A DNA stretch of 63,885 nt, counting the filler, from Olpidium bornovanus S191 (lineage: Eukaryota; Fungi; Olpidiomycota): the NCBI GenBank assembly GCA_017911155.1. It is 31 parts of 31 records of this genome, joined end to end, with 100 filler letters (N's around TTAATTAATTAA, not from the genome) between each part and the next. Parts side by side here need not be neighbours in the genome. Positions count along the whole stretch, not along the records: positions 34,983 to 36,355 come from JAEFCI010002527.1; positions 36,456 to 39,835 come from JAEFCI010008967.1; positions 39,936 to 41,018 come from JAEFCI010003256.1; positions 41,119 to 42,484 come from JAEFCI010003622.1; positions 42,585 to 43,629 come from JAEFCI010007780.1; positions 43,730 to 46,651 come from JAEFCI010005994.1; positions 46,752 to 49,462 come from JAEFCI010002394.1; 24 more parts are not named here. One strand, 5' to 3'. Position numbers and translations under genes: made by a program. Position 1 is the first letter of the stretch, and every line of letters starts with the position of its first letter. Of the stretch, positions 35,571-47,917 are shown piece by piece. Below the pieces are notes generated by a model. It did no database searches. It had not been told where the DNA came from and worked only from the letters and a program-made list of their open reading frames with translations.

Positions 35571-36355
35571 TCATGTCTTGCGATTCTTTCTCGGCTCCGG
35601 AAACGACAACGGCACCGTCAGGGCGGCCCTGCGCATTCGCTTCGCTTTCGCCTCCGCGGGCGAGACGCCGATCGCTTCTGACGCCGAACGGCCCACGGCC
35701 TCAATCCTGCAACCTAGAGAGCGCAGATGCTCTATGATCTTGATAGGTCCGATCTCCATATCGGCAGCAAGCGGGGCCGGGTCCACGTTGTAGTCATCGA
35801 TCCGGAGCGCCAGAGCAAGAGCGTAGTTGGTGGCCTTGTCCTTCGACCGTGGAGTAATCTTGTGGCTAGCAGAACTTGGAGTTACTCACGAAGTGCGCCT
35901 CCAGTGCCGACTTCAAAGAAAAAAAAACCAAACAAACAAACAAGAATAAGGCCGTACATCTGTTGTTTCCCGTCCACCACGGTTTCCGTGAACCGCCGAA
36001 GTAGGCCACTGATGATTGCTGGCGGGGGGTTCCACAGCAACTTATTCAGGATGTCCGCGTTCACGTCTTTCCCGCGAACTGTCCGGAATCGCATGAGAAT
36101 AGCGAGGTAGACCAGTTCACGGAGCCTGTTCACATCCTTCGCCGCAGCGGCCTGTTGCATCCGGTCGTTGACGAACGACGACGTCCTGTAATATTCAGTA
36201 GAAACGATTGGACGATCAACCAGCAACAGGACCGGCCCTGGAAACGTCCCAAGCTCCACAGCGGGTACGATCCGTGACGCAAGGTCGACAACTCCCGTCT
36301 CACTAACTGGAACGGGAGACACGAAATCATTTGCTCCTTCGAGGTCGCTTCCATG
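35571..36355 (-). CDS. RPA49: RNA polymerase I subunit A49, 3' part
   Basis: SSFVNDRM...LRELVYLAILMRF...LLRRFTE and KDKATNYALALALRIDDYNVDPAPLAADMEIG...LRSLGCRI...AALTVPLSFPEPRK* match the A49 C-terminus. Confidence 0.85.
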
Positions 36356-37225
36356 NNNNNNNNNNNNNNNNNNNNNNNNNNNNNNNNNNNNNNNNNNNNT
36401 TAATTAATTAANNNNNNNNNNNNNNNNNNNNNNNNNNNNNNNNNNNNNNNNNNNNAGCATGACGGAAGGCTAAGCGTATTGCGCGCAGGACACCTAGCAG
36501 TGCCCACCCTGGAGTTCGGTAATCCCTGAAGCAGGAATCTGCAAGCAATTGACATATCAGCAGCGTCGTCGTCGTCCTCGTCGTCGTCCTCGTCCCCCCC
36601 CGCGTCCGTTGTGCCGCCTCTGGAAAAAAAAAGAGAAAAAATTATAACGATCTGCAGCAACACCGGACAAAACGGTCCCACCAAGTCAATGTTGCCTGTC
36701 GGCTGACCGCTGTGCCCTCGCTTTTGGCCGCCTTTTGTTCTTTTCTTTCAAATTGTGACGTTTTTTTTGACACCGCGGAAATTCTCTTATCACTTACAAT
36801 TTCGTGATTCCTCCAACGGAAGGCTGCTGCTTGGGCCATTCGCACCGGGGGGTTGACGCTGTCAAAGACCGCGAACGCCAACGCGGAGGAAGAAGAGGGA
36901 GAGGGAGAGGGAGAGCAGCTTCGGCGCGGGCGAGCGCATTGGCGGTGGCTGGTTCCGTTAGGCGCGTGGCGACCGGGCGGGGATTGGCGGCCGGTGCATT
37001 TTCACAGGACCCCTCTCTCCGCCGTTCAGCAGCCGCCCGCCGCCCCAGCCCCAGCCCCACCCCGCACCGCGCAGGTCCGCCGGTCGGACGCACCCTCTCC
37101 ATTCCCGCCGCCCCGTTAGGCACCGATACCTTCTCCGTTCCCGACGCCCTTCCGGCCCGCCGTCGTTCCGCGGGCATAAAAGGGAGACGGGTTGTGGGGC
37201 CGCGGAGGGGACGCGTGGTAAAACG

Positions 37226-38540
37226 ATGCTTTCTACCGGTCATACCCGTCCCGGCACGCGCGCCGCCGACGACGTTCCCGAGACCCACCGCGCGCAGAAG
37301 CACCCCCGGAAGCTCCCGGACGCCGCTCCGTTGACGTTCCCCCAGGGCCGAAGCAGGGTCGCGAGCGCGGACCGCACTTTGCTTGGCCCTCGTCTTCATG
37401 ACCGTGCGGAGGCAGGGCGAATGCTGGCGGAGCGCCTGGCGTACTATGCCAACTCCGATGCCGGTAAGCGCCAAACGGTCCGTCGCGTAGTCTGGTCCCG
37501 TCAGCTTGTCCCGCCTCGCCTTGCTATGCTAGGCTCAAACGCGCACGCGTCGTCCCTCTACCCGTGGCGAATGCCGCGCGTTTGGCCAGTCTGCTGAACA
37601 AAGCACTGAACAGTTTGCCGACTCATCTCCAATAGTTGTCGTTGCCGTTGCAAACGGCGCGGTTCCAATCGCTTGCGAGGCGGCCGCCACGTTGGGCCTC
37701 GAGCTCAGATACCTCGCTTTCAGCGTCATCGCCTGCCCAGCTCATCCGCAGCTTGCGATCGGGGCTGTATCCGAACCCGGCGGAAATGCTGTCCAGAACA
37801 AAGAGCTGCTGGACAGCGTGAAAGTAACAGATGATGAGTTTCGCCGCCTCTGTGACGACCAGGTGAGTTTCGTGCGCGAGTTATGAGCAAAACATACTTG
37901 CGCCGACGGGTCGGCGGGTCACGTTGCATGCCTCGGTTTCGGTGCGTCGTTGTTCTCCGTGCTACTCACAAAGCGATGTACTCACATATTCAGCGGGCGC
38001 ACCTGGTCGCCATGACCAACTCCTGGTCAGGCCTGGCCCTCCAATTGGGAGACATCTCGGGGAGAACTGCCATTGTCGTCATAGACGTGGACGAAGTCAA
38101 CAAGGTTGGACTTGTCCGCCTAGTCATCCGGCTGTTGCTGGCTACATGCCGCGACTCCCCTCCAAAGTCTTTGGTTATTGCCAGCCCTGCTATCTCCCCC
38201 GATACCGTCCAAATGGTCAAGCCTCACGCCGGACGCGCGGAAAGTCTCGTTTTTGACGGCTACATTGAATGGATATGTATCGAGGGCGGGGAGAGGAACG
38301 TGCCGGAGAAGCTGGGTAGGTCTGATTGAGTTACCGTCACATTTGTGTTGTCATTCATATCTAGTTATACCCTGCTACGCATGCTGATATACTGCACTGG
38401 CAAACTTGGTAGATCACTGCTACACGAACTTTTCGCCCGTGTCCGACAACGAGGTGGCTTACATCCTAAAAAACTTCTCGCAGAGAAATCTTGACTTTTG
38501 GCTACCTGGCGGTCTCGCTCCATTTGATGCGCCTCAGTGA
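37226..38540 (+). CDS. COG1926-like phosphoribosyltransferase-fold protein, four exons, degenerate PRPP-binding loop
   Basis: Spliced product: LHDRAEAGRMLAERL...VVVAVANGAVPIACEAA...HPQLAIGAVSE...DISGRTAIVVID...PKSLVIASPAISPDTV...YTNFSPVSDNEVAYIL. This follows the prokaryotic pattern FxDRxxAGxxLA / VLALPRGGVPV / PELAIGAV / GRTVILVDDG / YxDFxQVSDEEV. Introns start at 37464, 37863 and about 38277. Start codon is inferred. Confidence 0.8.
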
Positions 38541-40558
38541 CCATTTCGCTGCCACTTCTCTTGCTTGTTCTTCTGTCTGTGACAGCTCTTTTCCAGAGAC
38601 AATATCTTTCACATGCCCTCCGTATTCTGTCGGTCTTTCCGCGCCGAGTCGTGCATGTCTCACAGACCATAACGGTGAACACAGAGTCTCCATGGAACAG
38701 ACGTTATGTCCAAAAGGATATGGTGCCTGCGTTGCTTTTATTGTGGAAAGCCCGCCGACCGGCCGGCGTATCCAGTGTGCCCTTTTTGTGAGTCCGTCCC
38801 ACGATGTTTCATTCTGCGTTGACCTTCCCGGATGGATCACAGCCCAATTGGCGGAGGCAGCAGATGGGCGTGCCACCTACAGCAGTGTGAACGTCAGCAG
38901 GCGATCTGCGGAGCGTGCAGGGGAGTGACGGGGTGGGTGGTGGGGTTGTGTGCGGGGGAACAAGAAGGATAAGCAAAACGTGGAAACATTAGGGGTTCTC
39001 CCACTTGTCATACACAACCTGTTCTAAGCGGGAACAAAGGTGTAATTGAATTGATTCCGTTAATAATTAAAGCAGTAACGTTACAAATAGGGCTAAATAT
39101 TTCCTTTATTAAAATTCAGTTGTGCAACTTGGTCCTGTTGAGTCGATCCCTCCTAAGGCTTGGGTGGATATCACTTAACCTGCGGTCGTGGTGACTGTCG
39201 ATGATGACATCGCAGCAGCAGCCGAACCGTGTCCGTTCCACACGTGTTGATCAGTGCAAAACCTACTGCTAAGTTGTGGGGCACGGGCCCAGCGCGCTGT
39301 CAACCGATCATCCTCTTTCAGTACCGTCGCGGCATCCGTTTGCCCATCCTTCAACAAGGCACAAATGAACAAGCCTGTATTTCGACAAAATGAATCCTTT
39401 TGGCGTAAGGCCGATCCAACCGGCGTAGAGCTTCGGCTGCATCCTTGTCGTTTGGCGTGTTAATTCAGTTGGACGATTCCTGGGGGGCGGCAGGGTTTCT
39501 GCCGAACCTTCACACCTCATTACACCGACGTTGCTGAACTGCCTACGAGCTGTTATGCAAGAGGGGGACGTGGAAACAGGCGAAGGGATGCGACGAAATG
39601 ATGGACGAACTGCGAGCTCGTTTGGTGCGAACACTGATCCTGCCGCCGTTGGGTTATGCGCCAGGGTCAGGGTAGACCTGAGGGCAGCCGGCTGGTTCTT
39701 GAGCCAAGATGCGGCATGAGAGCGTCGACCGGCTCGTTTTCGGAGCCACACGGCCTTGCGGAAGGAAGTACGGCCAGGTGAAGAGGGAGACCCTAGCAGT
39801 CGAAACGCCGCTTTTCGGAGGAGCGGCGATCGATCNNNNNNNNNNNNNNNNNNNNNNNNNNNNNNNNNNNNNNNNNNNNTTAATTAATTAANNNNNNNNN
39901 NNNNNNNNNNNNNNNNNNNNNNNNNNNNNNNNNNNGGCAACGCAGCGTCACCGGGGTGTACTTTATCGGGCTGAGTGTGCTGCACGTCCGCGCTGTCCAC
40001 CGCGGGGTGTCGCCGTGGTCTGTAAACGCCGGGTACGGCGTGGGATTCCAAGCATGGGCGAAAACAGGATGGGTAAAAGAAACATTCGCTGCGGGCACAA
40101 AATCCGAGATTTTTGCCCGCGTTTTGGTATATAAGAACCTCGGCATCAGCAGCTCGGAAAAAAAAAACCAAGTCCCGTTGACATTCATTTTTTTTTTTAC
40201 ATCGCAGCAGCCGTCCTTTGCTCGAAGAGATTAATCTGATGTTTGCGCGCGATAATATGGGATCCTCGCATTGGGGAGTGGCTTCCCTTACTGTATTTCC
40301 TTTTTTTTGTATACGACGTGGGACAGTTTGCTCAGGGAATTAATCTGAAGATTGCGCGTGGGGGAAAAGGCAGGAAGGAGGGGGCGGGGGTGGGGGGAGA
40401 GCGGAGGGAAAAGGGCAAGGGGGGGACGCACCGGGCGCACTGGTCACGTGGTCGATGAAAACTCGTGGGGACGCGTTTCAGGTTGCTTCGCCCGTCGAGT
40501 GACCCTGGAACCTCACAGAAAAGTTTTAGCCCTCCTGTAGCCGCCAAAGAGACGTACG

Positions 40559-40867
40559 TCAGCCCTCAATCGCCTCCACGACGCGCGGAAAGCCCGGGCA
40601 TACAATAAGAATTGAGGGGCTGAAAAGGAAACTCGCCTGTCCAAAGTCCTGCGTGAACTTCTCGTGTTCAGCCAAGTCCTTTTCGTTGACCGTGGGCCTG
40701 CCCGTTTTTACCGCTCGAAGGAAGTCGTAAACGGTCAGTGCCGGCTCCAGCAGCTGATCCGATTGGACCTGCATCCACGTCATCTCGGTGGCTTCCGAGT
40801 CCCCGGGAGAGCACGGAGTGAGATGCGGCGTAACTTTCGACGGGTCCTTCCTCGACGGCGCCTGCAC
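40559..40867 (-). CDS. VPS4: AAA ATPase Vps4, C-terminal exon(s)
   Basis: LTPCSPGDSEATEMTWMQVQSDQLLEPALTVYDFLRAVKTGRPTVNEKDLAEHEKFTQDFGQ is the Vps4_C domain. Confidence 0.95.
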   Translation of the reverse strand: MQAPSRKDPSKVTPHLTPCSPGDSEATEMTWMQVQSDQLLEPALTVYDFLRAVKTGRPTVNEKDLAEHEKFTQDFGQASFLFSPSILIVCPGFPRVVEAIEG

Positions 40868-40933
40868 CTGGAGTTGCGGCCGCGAAACGGGCGCTGTGGG
40901 CATTTCGCGAACCACCCCCCCCCCCCCCCCCAC

Positions 40934-40970
<37 letters not shown>

Positions 40971-42137
40971 CGCCCACCCGCCGCGCCACTCCAACAACAA
41001 CCCCCCACCACCCACACANNNNNNNNNNNNNNNNNNNNNNNNNNNNNNNNNNNNNNNNNNNNTTAATTAATTAANNNNNNNNNNNNNNNNNNNNNNNNNN
41101 NNNNNNNNNNNNNNNNNNCCACGAGTTATCGTAATCCACGTGACTACTGCGCTCGGTGCATGGCTCCACCGCCTTCTTCCTTCCTCCCACCCCTTTCTTT
41201 CTCCACTATTTGCAAATTTCAGACTAATCTAGGAGCAACATGCTCCACACTGTACAAAAAAAAATGGAAGAAAAAATTGGCCAGTGAGACTTTTCATCTC
41301 CCAGTGTGGGAGGATCCCATATCGCGCACGCATAATCTCAAATTTGATTCGTGCAAATCTCTTGCGGAATCTGGCAACGCAAAGTTAACACAAACGCCTG
41401 GGCTGCACGCGGCGAGGCTGCGAGCGGTCGAAAGGAGGTGGCCGAAGGCAACAAGAAAAGAACACCCCCCCCCCTCAAAAGTGAGACCGGTTTAGAAGAA
41501 TGATAAAACAAAAAAAAAAAATTCGACAGTCAGGGAAATCGTTTCCCTTTACGGGCGAGAATTTCCCGCGGACGGGTTCTTGTTCTTGCTCCCCGCATTT
41601 GCCCCATAATGCTAGTATATAAAATCTTGGTATCACTCCTGTTGGGAGCTGGATAAACAATCAGCATCAATTACACCCGCGGCGAGAGAGCGGGCACCGT
41701 CTCCCCCACTCCCCCATTCCCGCTCCAGGCGGTGTTGTGCTTCGGCGGACCCGATCTCGCCGACTCAAAAGTTTGTCCTTCGGCTTATTTTTTTTTTTGA
41801 AGTAATACAGGATGCGCTCACAGGGGCACTTAACCGCGGTGCGCCCTTAGCACTCCCCTCCACCCTGTAGGAGAATTGAGGAGGAAATTACGAAGCCACG
41901 AGTCACAAACGCATCGCGCGCACCAGGCCCCGTTCATGCTCCCATAGAGTTTCCGCCGTACAACAGAGGCCTACAGCAGACGGCCCCGGGACGAAAACAA
42001 AGAAAGCCCTCGGTTCCAAAAAAAACTCTTTTCTCACGGCCTCGCCGGGTGCCCTCCCGCCGTCTTTCTTTCAGCTCCCACCGTTTTCTCGCACTTCCGC
42101 GGCACTTTTTTTTTGGGTGTATTAATTTTAGTTTGTA

Positions 42138-42300
42138 CGAACTCACGCGAACTCAACACGAACTCAAGGAGCTACAAATTCAAAAAGAGACGGTCACAAA
42201 CTAAAATCTGCATCACGAACTCAAAAGAGACGGTCACGAACTCAAAAGAGACGGTACCCTGAAAAAAGGACGGTATCACTAAAAAAGAGACGGTACCCTA
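42138..42300. repeat. Cluster of short dispersed motifs (CGAACTCA and AAAAGAGACGGT)
   Basis: At least five CGAACTC and five AAAA(GA)GACGGT copies with irregular spacing in non-coding DNA. Confidence 0.8.
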
Positions 42301-42584
42301 TTGGTGACTGGTGTCCCTGTATGTATTTTTCGCACTGTAACTCCTGACTAAATTAATTCGAAACCAAGCTTTGCCATTGGCTCAATATTCATCCCTGTTT
42401 CAACTTGTAATGCTGCTACAACATGGTTGGCTTCCAATCGATCATCGGTGGACGGTACTGACTAGACTGGTTGAGCCAGGGTCGNNNNNNNNNNNNNNNN
42501 NNNNNNNNNNNNNNNNNNNNNNNNNNNNTTAATTAATTAANNNNNNNNNNNNNNNNNNNNNNNNNNNNNNNNNNNNNNNNNNNN

Positions 42585-43629
42585 AGCGTCCTCGCTGTGC
42601 CTGCTGGCGTGAGGGTTCGCTCACCGGTCTCTTCTTCCTGGCTTTCTTCGTTCGCCGTCTTTTTCAGGTGCTCGACGACAGCAGAAAGGATTTCCAAGAT
42701 CCATGCCTCCTCCGCTTCGTCGGCAAAGACAGCGTCTCGATCGGCCCACGCAAGTACCAGGTTCCAGCAAACGGAGGCGGCTGTCCTGCGAACGGCGACC
42801 CCCCCGGATAGCAGGCCGCGGACGACCAGGGCCGTCACCGGTTCCCGGTCGGTACGGGACGAGGCCGCCGGAAGGAACAGCGTTGAGCGGAACCGTGGGA
42901 ACGAGAGCGCGTTGCACGCCTGGTGTTGTTTTTTTGGTACCGGGTATTCGCCAAGCAAAAGTTAGCAGCGACGGAGCGCTTCTGTCAGGCGTGGTGTGAT
43001 AATACCTTGTCTAAACAAATGAAAACGCGCGCTTCCTACCGACCACTCGCAATGCCGTCAACGTGGTCTTGTCACACTGGCGACCAGGCGCCGACGCCGC
43101 GTGCTTTAGAATTGACTGAGCCAACGCGTCTACCTCCGTCGTCGCTGCGAACATTCCGACGGCCAGCAAACGAAACATGTCGAGAAACGGCCAGACCTCG
43201 GCCGGAAACGCCTCCCGCTCTCCCGCTGCAACAGCCGCCGACGACAAAAGGATCTCCCAAACCTCCCGCAGCACGCGCAGCCAGGAGTCCGCCTGCGCCG
43301 ACGGGATGTCCGCATCGCGTTTGTTCGTTTGCTGTTCTGTGCAATACCGCATCACCCAGTCCTCCATCATCCGCAGCTCTTCAAAGCCGCGCGTTCCGGC
43401 TCCCGCCGGAAGGCCCGGCAACATCTCAAACATCCGTTTCACGTTTTGCCGCGTCGTGAAACGGAGCACGACAGGCGTCGTTCCTACCGAGCGGAGCGAA
43501 CGCAGAGGAAGGTTGCCGAAAGGAGATGAGCACTTGACGCCGATTGGCTCAAGCGGAGGTTCGGACGGCAGCGGCGCGACCAAGGGCGGCGGCTGCTGTG
43601 GTCTAGGGAGACGAGAGCTGCCGAACATG
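42585..43629 (-). CDS. PUL-domain protein (PLAA/Doa1 or PPPDE-thioredoxin-PUL type), partial
   Basis: VWPFLDMFRLL, LTALRVVxNAL, VRRTAASVCWNL are ARM-like PUL-domain signatures. Confidence 0.65.
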
Positions 43630-43729
43630 NNNNNNNNNNNNNNNNNNNNNNNNNNNNNNNNNNNNNNNNNNNNTTAATTAATTAANNNNNNNNNNNNNNN
43701 NNNNNNNNNNNNNNNNNNNNNNNNNNNNN

Positions 43730-46650
43730 AGGAGGATGCGGGACGAGATCCACCCCGCGAGGTTTAAGAAATGCGAGATCATCCTGCGGGCCGCGTGCCT
43801 CTGCCAGTCAAGGGCCGGGAACGAGTTGTCGCGTTTGCGAGAGGGCATGCAGATCCGCGGAAACTCGCCCACGTGACGCATGGACCTGATCAGGCCGCGC
43901 ACGGACCGCTGCGAGTGGACGACGAGGAGGGTCGGCCGGTGATGTTCGCTCTGGTAGTCGCTCAGGGCGCGGTCGACGAGCCGAGCTCCTTCGTTCTCGC
44001 GGGCCACGTGGTGGACGGTAAACTCAATGTTCTCCGGATACTCGAACGCCAGCTCAGCGCCGGGGTCCAGCTGTGAGGTAAGGCCTGGAGATTCGCCCTG
44101 CCTGTTCGCGTACATCGCCCCGAGGTTTGGCATCTGTTCGGCGTTTCGTCCGCGGTCCACAACGACCACTGTGGCCCTGCGCGTGGCGGTGCTGAAGACG
44201 GCGAACAAGTGGCGGTCCTCGGAATTCGTATGGTACAAGTACAGGTAGCGGATGGATCTGCCGCCGTCGAGGTACGAGTTCGCCATCTGTCGGTCGCTCT
44301 TGAGGTCAGATATGCTGAAACCTTTCTCCAGGTTCTTCCTCAAGGGCCCTGCAGTCTGGTTCGCGACTTTGCAGACACACCCCAGGTCGAGCAACGCCCT
44401 GACGATAAGAGGCACCTGTGTTTCGTACACTCCGGCGACGTCCCTGTGTCGGAAAAACCCACTGAGCGTTTTGACGTTGTCAAGGTATATCGCCTCCGGC
44501 ATCTGGCATTCGTAGAGGTGCCGGACGGCGTGGCCGCGGGGAAGCTGCCGGACGACTTTGAGGACGAACACGGAATCGTCGACGTACTCCGGGGGCTGCT
44601 CCTCGCGCAGGTTGACGTAAAAGATCCGCGGAACGGTCAAGCGGACCGGACGCAGCTTCCGGTCGATGACGATCCACATCCGGAAGTCACCGGGCGTGTC
44701 TGTCTCGTCGATCTGCAAAACCTCCCATGTCCTGCTCACGAGGTCTTCGGCCTGCCGGCGGAAATAGCCCGACACGCCTCCCGCGAAGGCCGCCGGTTCT
44801 GCCGCGGTCGGCCCGTCGCCGGACAGTTGCCTTCTCCGCTTCCTCGCCAGTCTCCGCCGCCCCCACTTCAGCTTCTGATACCGCAGCCAACCTTGGTAGT
44901 CTTTCTGCTTGTCTGGCATAGGCCGGCCGTCGGCTTCGGCTTCAGCTTCGTCGATGTCGTCGGCAAGTGCTTCATTCTCTTTGCCCTTCGCCTTTCGCTT
45001 CTTGGAAAACACAATCTTCTTAACTCCGCCCGCCGCCCCGTTGGCGGAGTGTCCGAAATCCTCGATGTCGACCAACTGCTTGGGGCCTGCGCTACCGACA
45101 GGAGCCAAGTCGACGCACGCCCGTTCGCCGGGAGGCAGCCTGCCAAACATGTCGGTTATGCGATTTTGTTTGAACTTGTCCTCCTTGGCCATCAATCGAC
45201 GGTGCAGCCAGTCAGGGTGGCTGACCCGAGGAACAGGGTTGGCAACCTTTTGCATGGCGGCGGGGATCGTGATGATTTTTTGAACGACGGAAGCGAACCG
45301 CTCGATGTAATATTTCCAGTCCAGCAGAGTTCGAATGTTAAAATCCGTCTGGGAATTGTCTTTGAGCCATTTGCGCAGGAAGTGCTTCTTCTTCGCCGGC
45401 TCGGCCGAGAAAATAGCGACGGGTATCGCGCGTTCGGTGACAGGCGCTCCGAGCGGTTTCTGGGAAATGATGAATTTGCAGGAGAGGCCCTTGTCCTTTA
45501 CCATCTGATCTCCCAAAAATTCCGCCAGCCGCTTGGCGGTGCTGATAGACGACGACTTCTGGCCGTCGTATTCGTCGAGCGCCCGCGACATGCTCCGGTT
45601 TTCCGAAATCAGTTCGATCAGCTCGTCGTCCCGTTGGGTGCTCCCGCGGCTGTACAGAATGTCTAGATACTCGTTTGCGATCCTCGCCACCGCGGCGTAA
45701 CACTCCTCCAGCGTTTCGCCCTCGAGGAACACTTGGAAAATGTGGCTCTGGAAGATCTTTATGAGCTTCAGCTCCCCGCGACGCTTCACCTCGAAACCCT
45801 TCAGTTCCGCGAGCGAGCCGTCCTCGTTGAAGACCGCGTAGCGCTTCTTCAGCATCTTGTCTTCCTCCTTGGAGGACGGCAGGATCATCGCGCGGTACGG
45901 CCCGTCGACTTCAAAAAAAATGCTGTTCTCGGACCTCACCTCGTACTCGCAGGTGTCCGGATCTTTCAGCGTGGCGTACTGGTGGTTGGTAAACCGCGCG
46001 TGCACGAGGTAGTTGAGCACGGTGCAAGGGTACGACACTGGGAATTTCTTTCCGTTGGCGAGGGCGAACGCGAAATTCTCAGGAAAACTCCGCGGCAGGA
46101 TGCACCAGATGCCGTCGGTGTCCAGCTCCAGCGGCCGTCCGAGCCGGTCGATAACCTCGCGGGCCATCTGGATGATGCGTGCGCCTGTCAGGCACACGAT
46201 GCCCGCCATTTCCATCGAGTACCAGCGGGACCCTTTCCGCATGACGTAGCCGTAAAAGCTGTTGAGAATGCACTTGTGCGCGAGCTGCAGCGAATCGTAC
46301 AGCACGATCATCTTCTTCGCTTCGTCCAGCTGCGCGGCGTCCCCGGTCTCCGCCGCCTCGTCGGCCTTCTTTTTCCACGTTTTGTGGAGGCCCTTATACT
46401 CGTACCGGCGGTCGCGGAAGCTGCGAACCGTGTCGACGTAGAAGGGGTTCTCCCGCTGGCACACGATCTCTTCCCGCTCAACCACGCGCGTCTCGTACGT
46501 TTTTTTGTATACCTTCCGCGAGTATTCGGCCAACCGCGAGGCGATGCGCGAGTTCTGCTCGGTGGGCGTCAAAGACATCCACTGCCGTCGGGAACCACCG
46601 CCCTCGGCCTTCGGCGGAAAAGTTTCTGACTCGAGCTGGTTGCGAATCAT
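43730..46650 (-). CDS. POL2: DNA polymerase epsilon catalytic subunit, internal 2.9-kb exon
   Basis: CQRENPFYVDTVRSFRDRRYEYK, SLQLAHKCILNSFYGYVMRKGSRWYSMEMAG, LELDTDGIWC, FFEVDGPYRAMILP, KKRYAVFN, ELKGFEVKRRGELKLIK. Confidence 0.99.
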
Positions 46651-47511
46651 GNNNNNNNNNNNNNNNNNNNNNNNNNNNNNNNNNNNNNNNNNNNNTTAAT
46701 TAATTAANNNNNNNNNNNNNNNNNNNNNNNNNNNNNNNNNNNNNNNNNNNNCATGCAGCTGGCGGGGAACGGCCAGGAATACGTTTAAGATTTGGACAGA
46801 CAACTTCTAATGAGGACAGACAGATTGGCCGAATTGAAAAGGGGGAAGGGGGAAGGGTGCCAGGGCGGCTAGGGGAAAGGGGACAGGGGCCCGGGGACGT
46901 GGAACACCGTCCCAGAGCAGTATGTCCGCCGTTTTGGATCTCCAACCGGATGTTTCCGGGAATGCGCGAGCCGCAGCTCATATGTGTACTTTTGCGGCTT
47001 CTGCGCTGCTCGTCCCGCTCGCGGCCCCCCCCTCTTTCGTCCCCGCCGCAGCCGTCGTCGTCCGAGCCGCCCTGCTTGTCGCGTTCTTTGCCGCCGATTT
47101 GCCGGGCGGCGGCGGCGGCGGGCCCGCAGCGAGCCATCGCGGCAGCCGGGCAGGATTGGGGGCCGGCGTGGAACCGGCGGATCCCACAGTGAGACAAACA
47201 CCGCGTCTCTAATCTCGAATGCGAAAAAAAAATAAATCACGGTTGGTAAGAATCCGCGGACGGCTTCTCCGGCAAGTGGTAGCCTTGCTAGAGTCACGCT
47301 TCGCCGGCATAAAAGGTCGCCTTGCTGACCGGCAGCGCACTCCCGCAGTTTGTGACAACTTTTTTCCCCTTTCGTCAATCAAAAATAATCCTGTGTGGGC
47401 TTCATGTCCATGTGAATACGCGTGAATTTTCGCCGTTACTCTCTATCAGCAATTGACGGATGGCGAATTCGGTGGGGGAGCGGAGGGAGAGGGGAGGGGA
47501 AGGGGGGAAAG

Positions 47512-47667
47512 CCTGCGAGGGTATTTGGTCAACAAACAGCGGGGTAACTGCCCGCGGCTACTCTTCCATTCACGACTTTCACGTCAACATGCTCTCACAT
47601 CTACCTGCGAGGGTATTTGGTCAACAAACAGCGGGGTAACTGCCCGCGGCTACTCTGCCATTCACGA
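47512..47667. repeat. 64-bp direct repeat, 2 copies separated by 28 nt
   Basis: 47512-47575 and 47604-47667 differ at one position (T/G). Confidence 0.92.
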
Positions 47668-47917
47668 AATGGCCAACCACGCGCCGGTTATTGGCCGGTG
47701 GGATGCCACAAAGGTCGAACATGGACAGTGAGGGCGCCTCTTGCGTAGCGTAGGCGTTTTGGCCAAAGACCAGAATTACGGCATGGTTTTCAAAAGTACG
47801 ACTTCCGTTTTCCAAAGGCTGCATGTTTGTATGCTTCTTATCTGTTCTAGAAAACTGCTTTTGCGGCAAGTAGAAAACGCGCTGTCGCTACATCTATGCG
47901 GGAGTAAAAGCAGAAGG

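Noticed and set aside
37226-38540. Bacterial contamination as the source of the PRTase
   Set aside because: GT-AG introns with compatible phases interrupt the conserved motifs, which indicates a eukaryotic nuclear gene.
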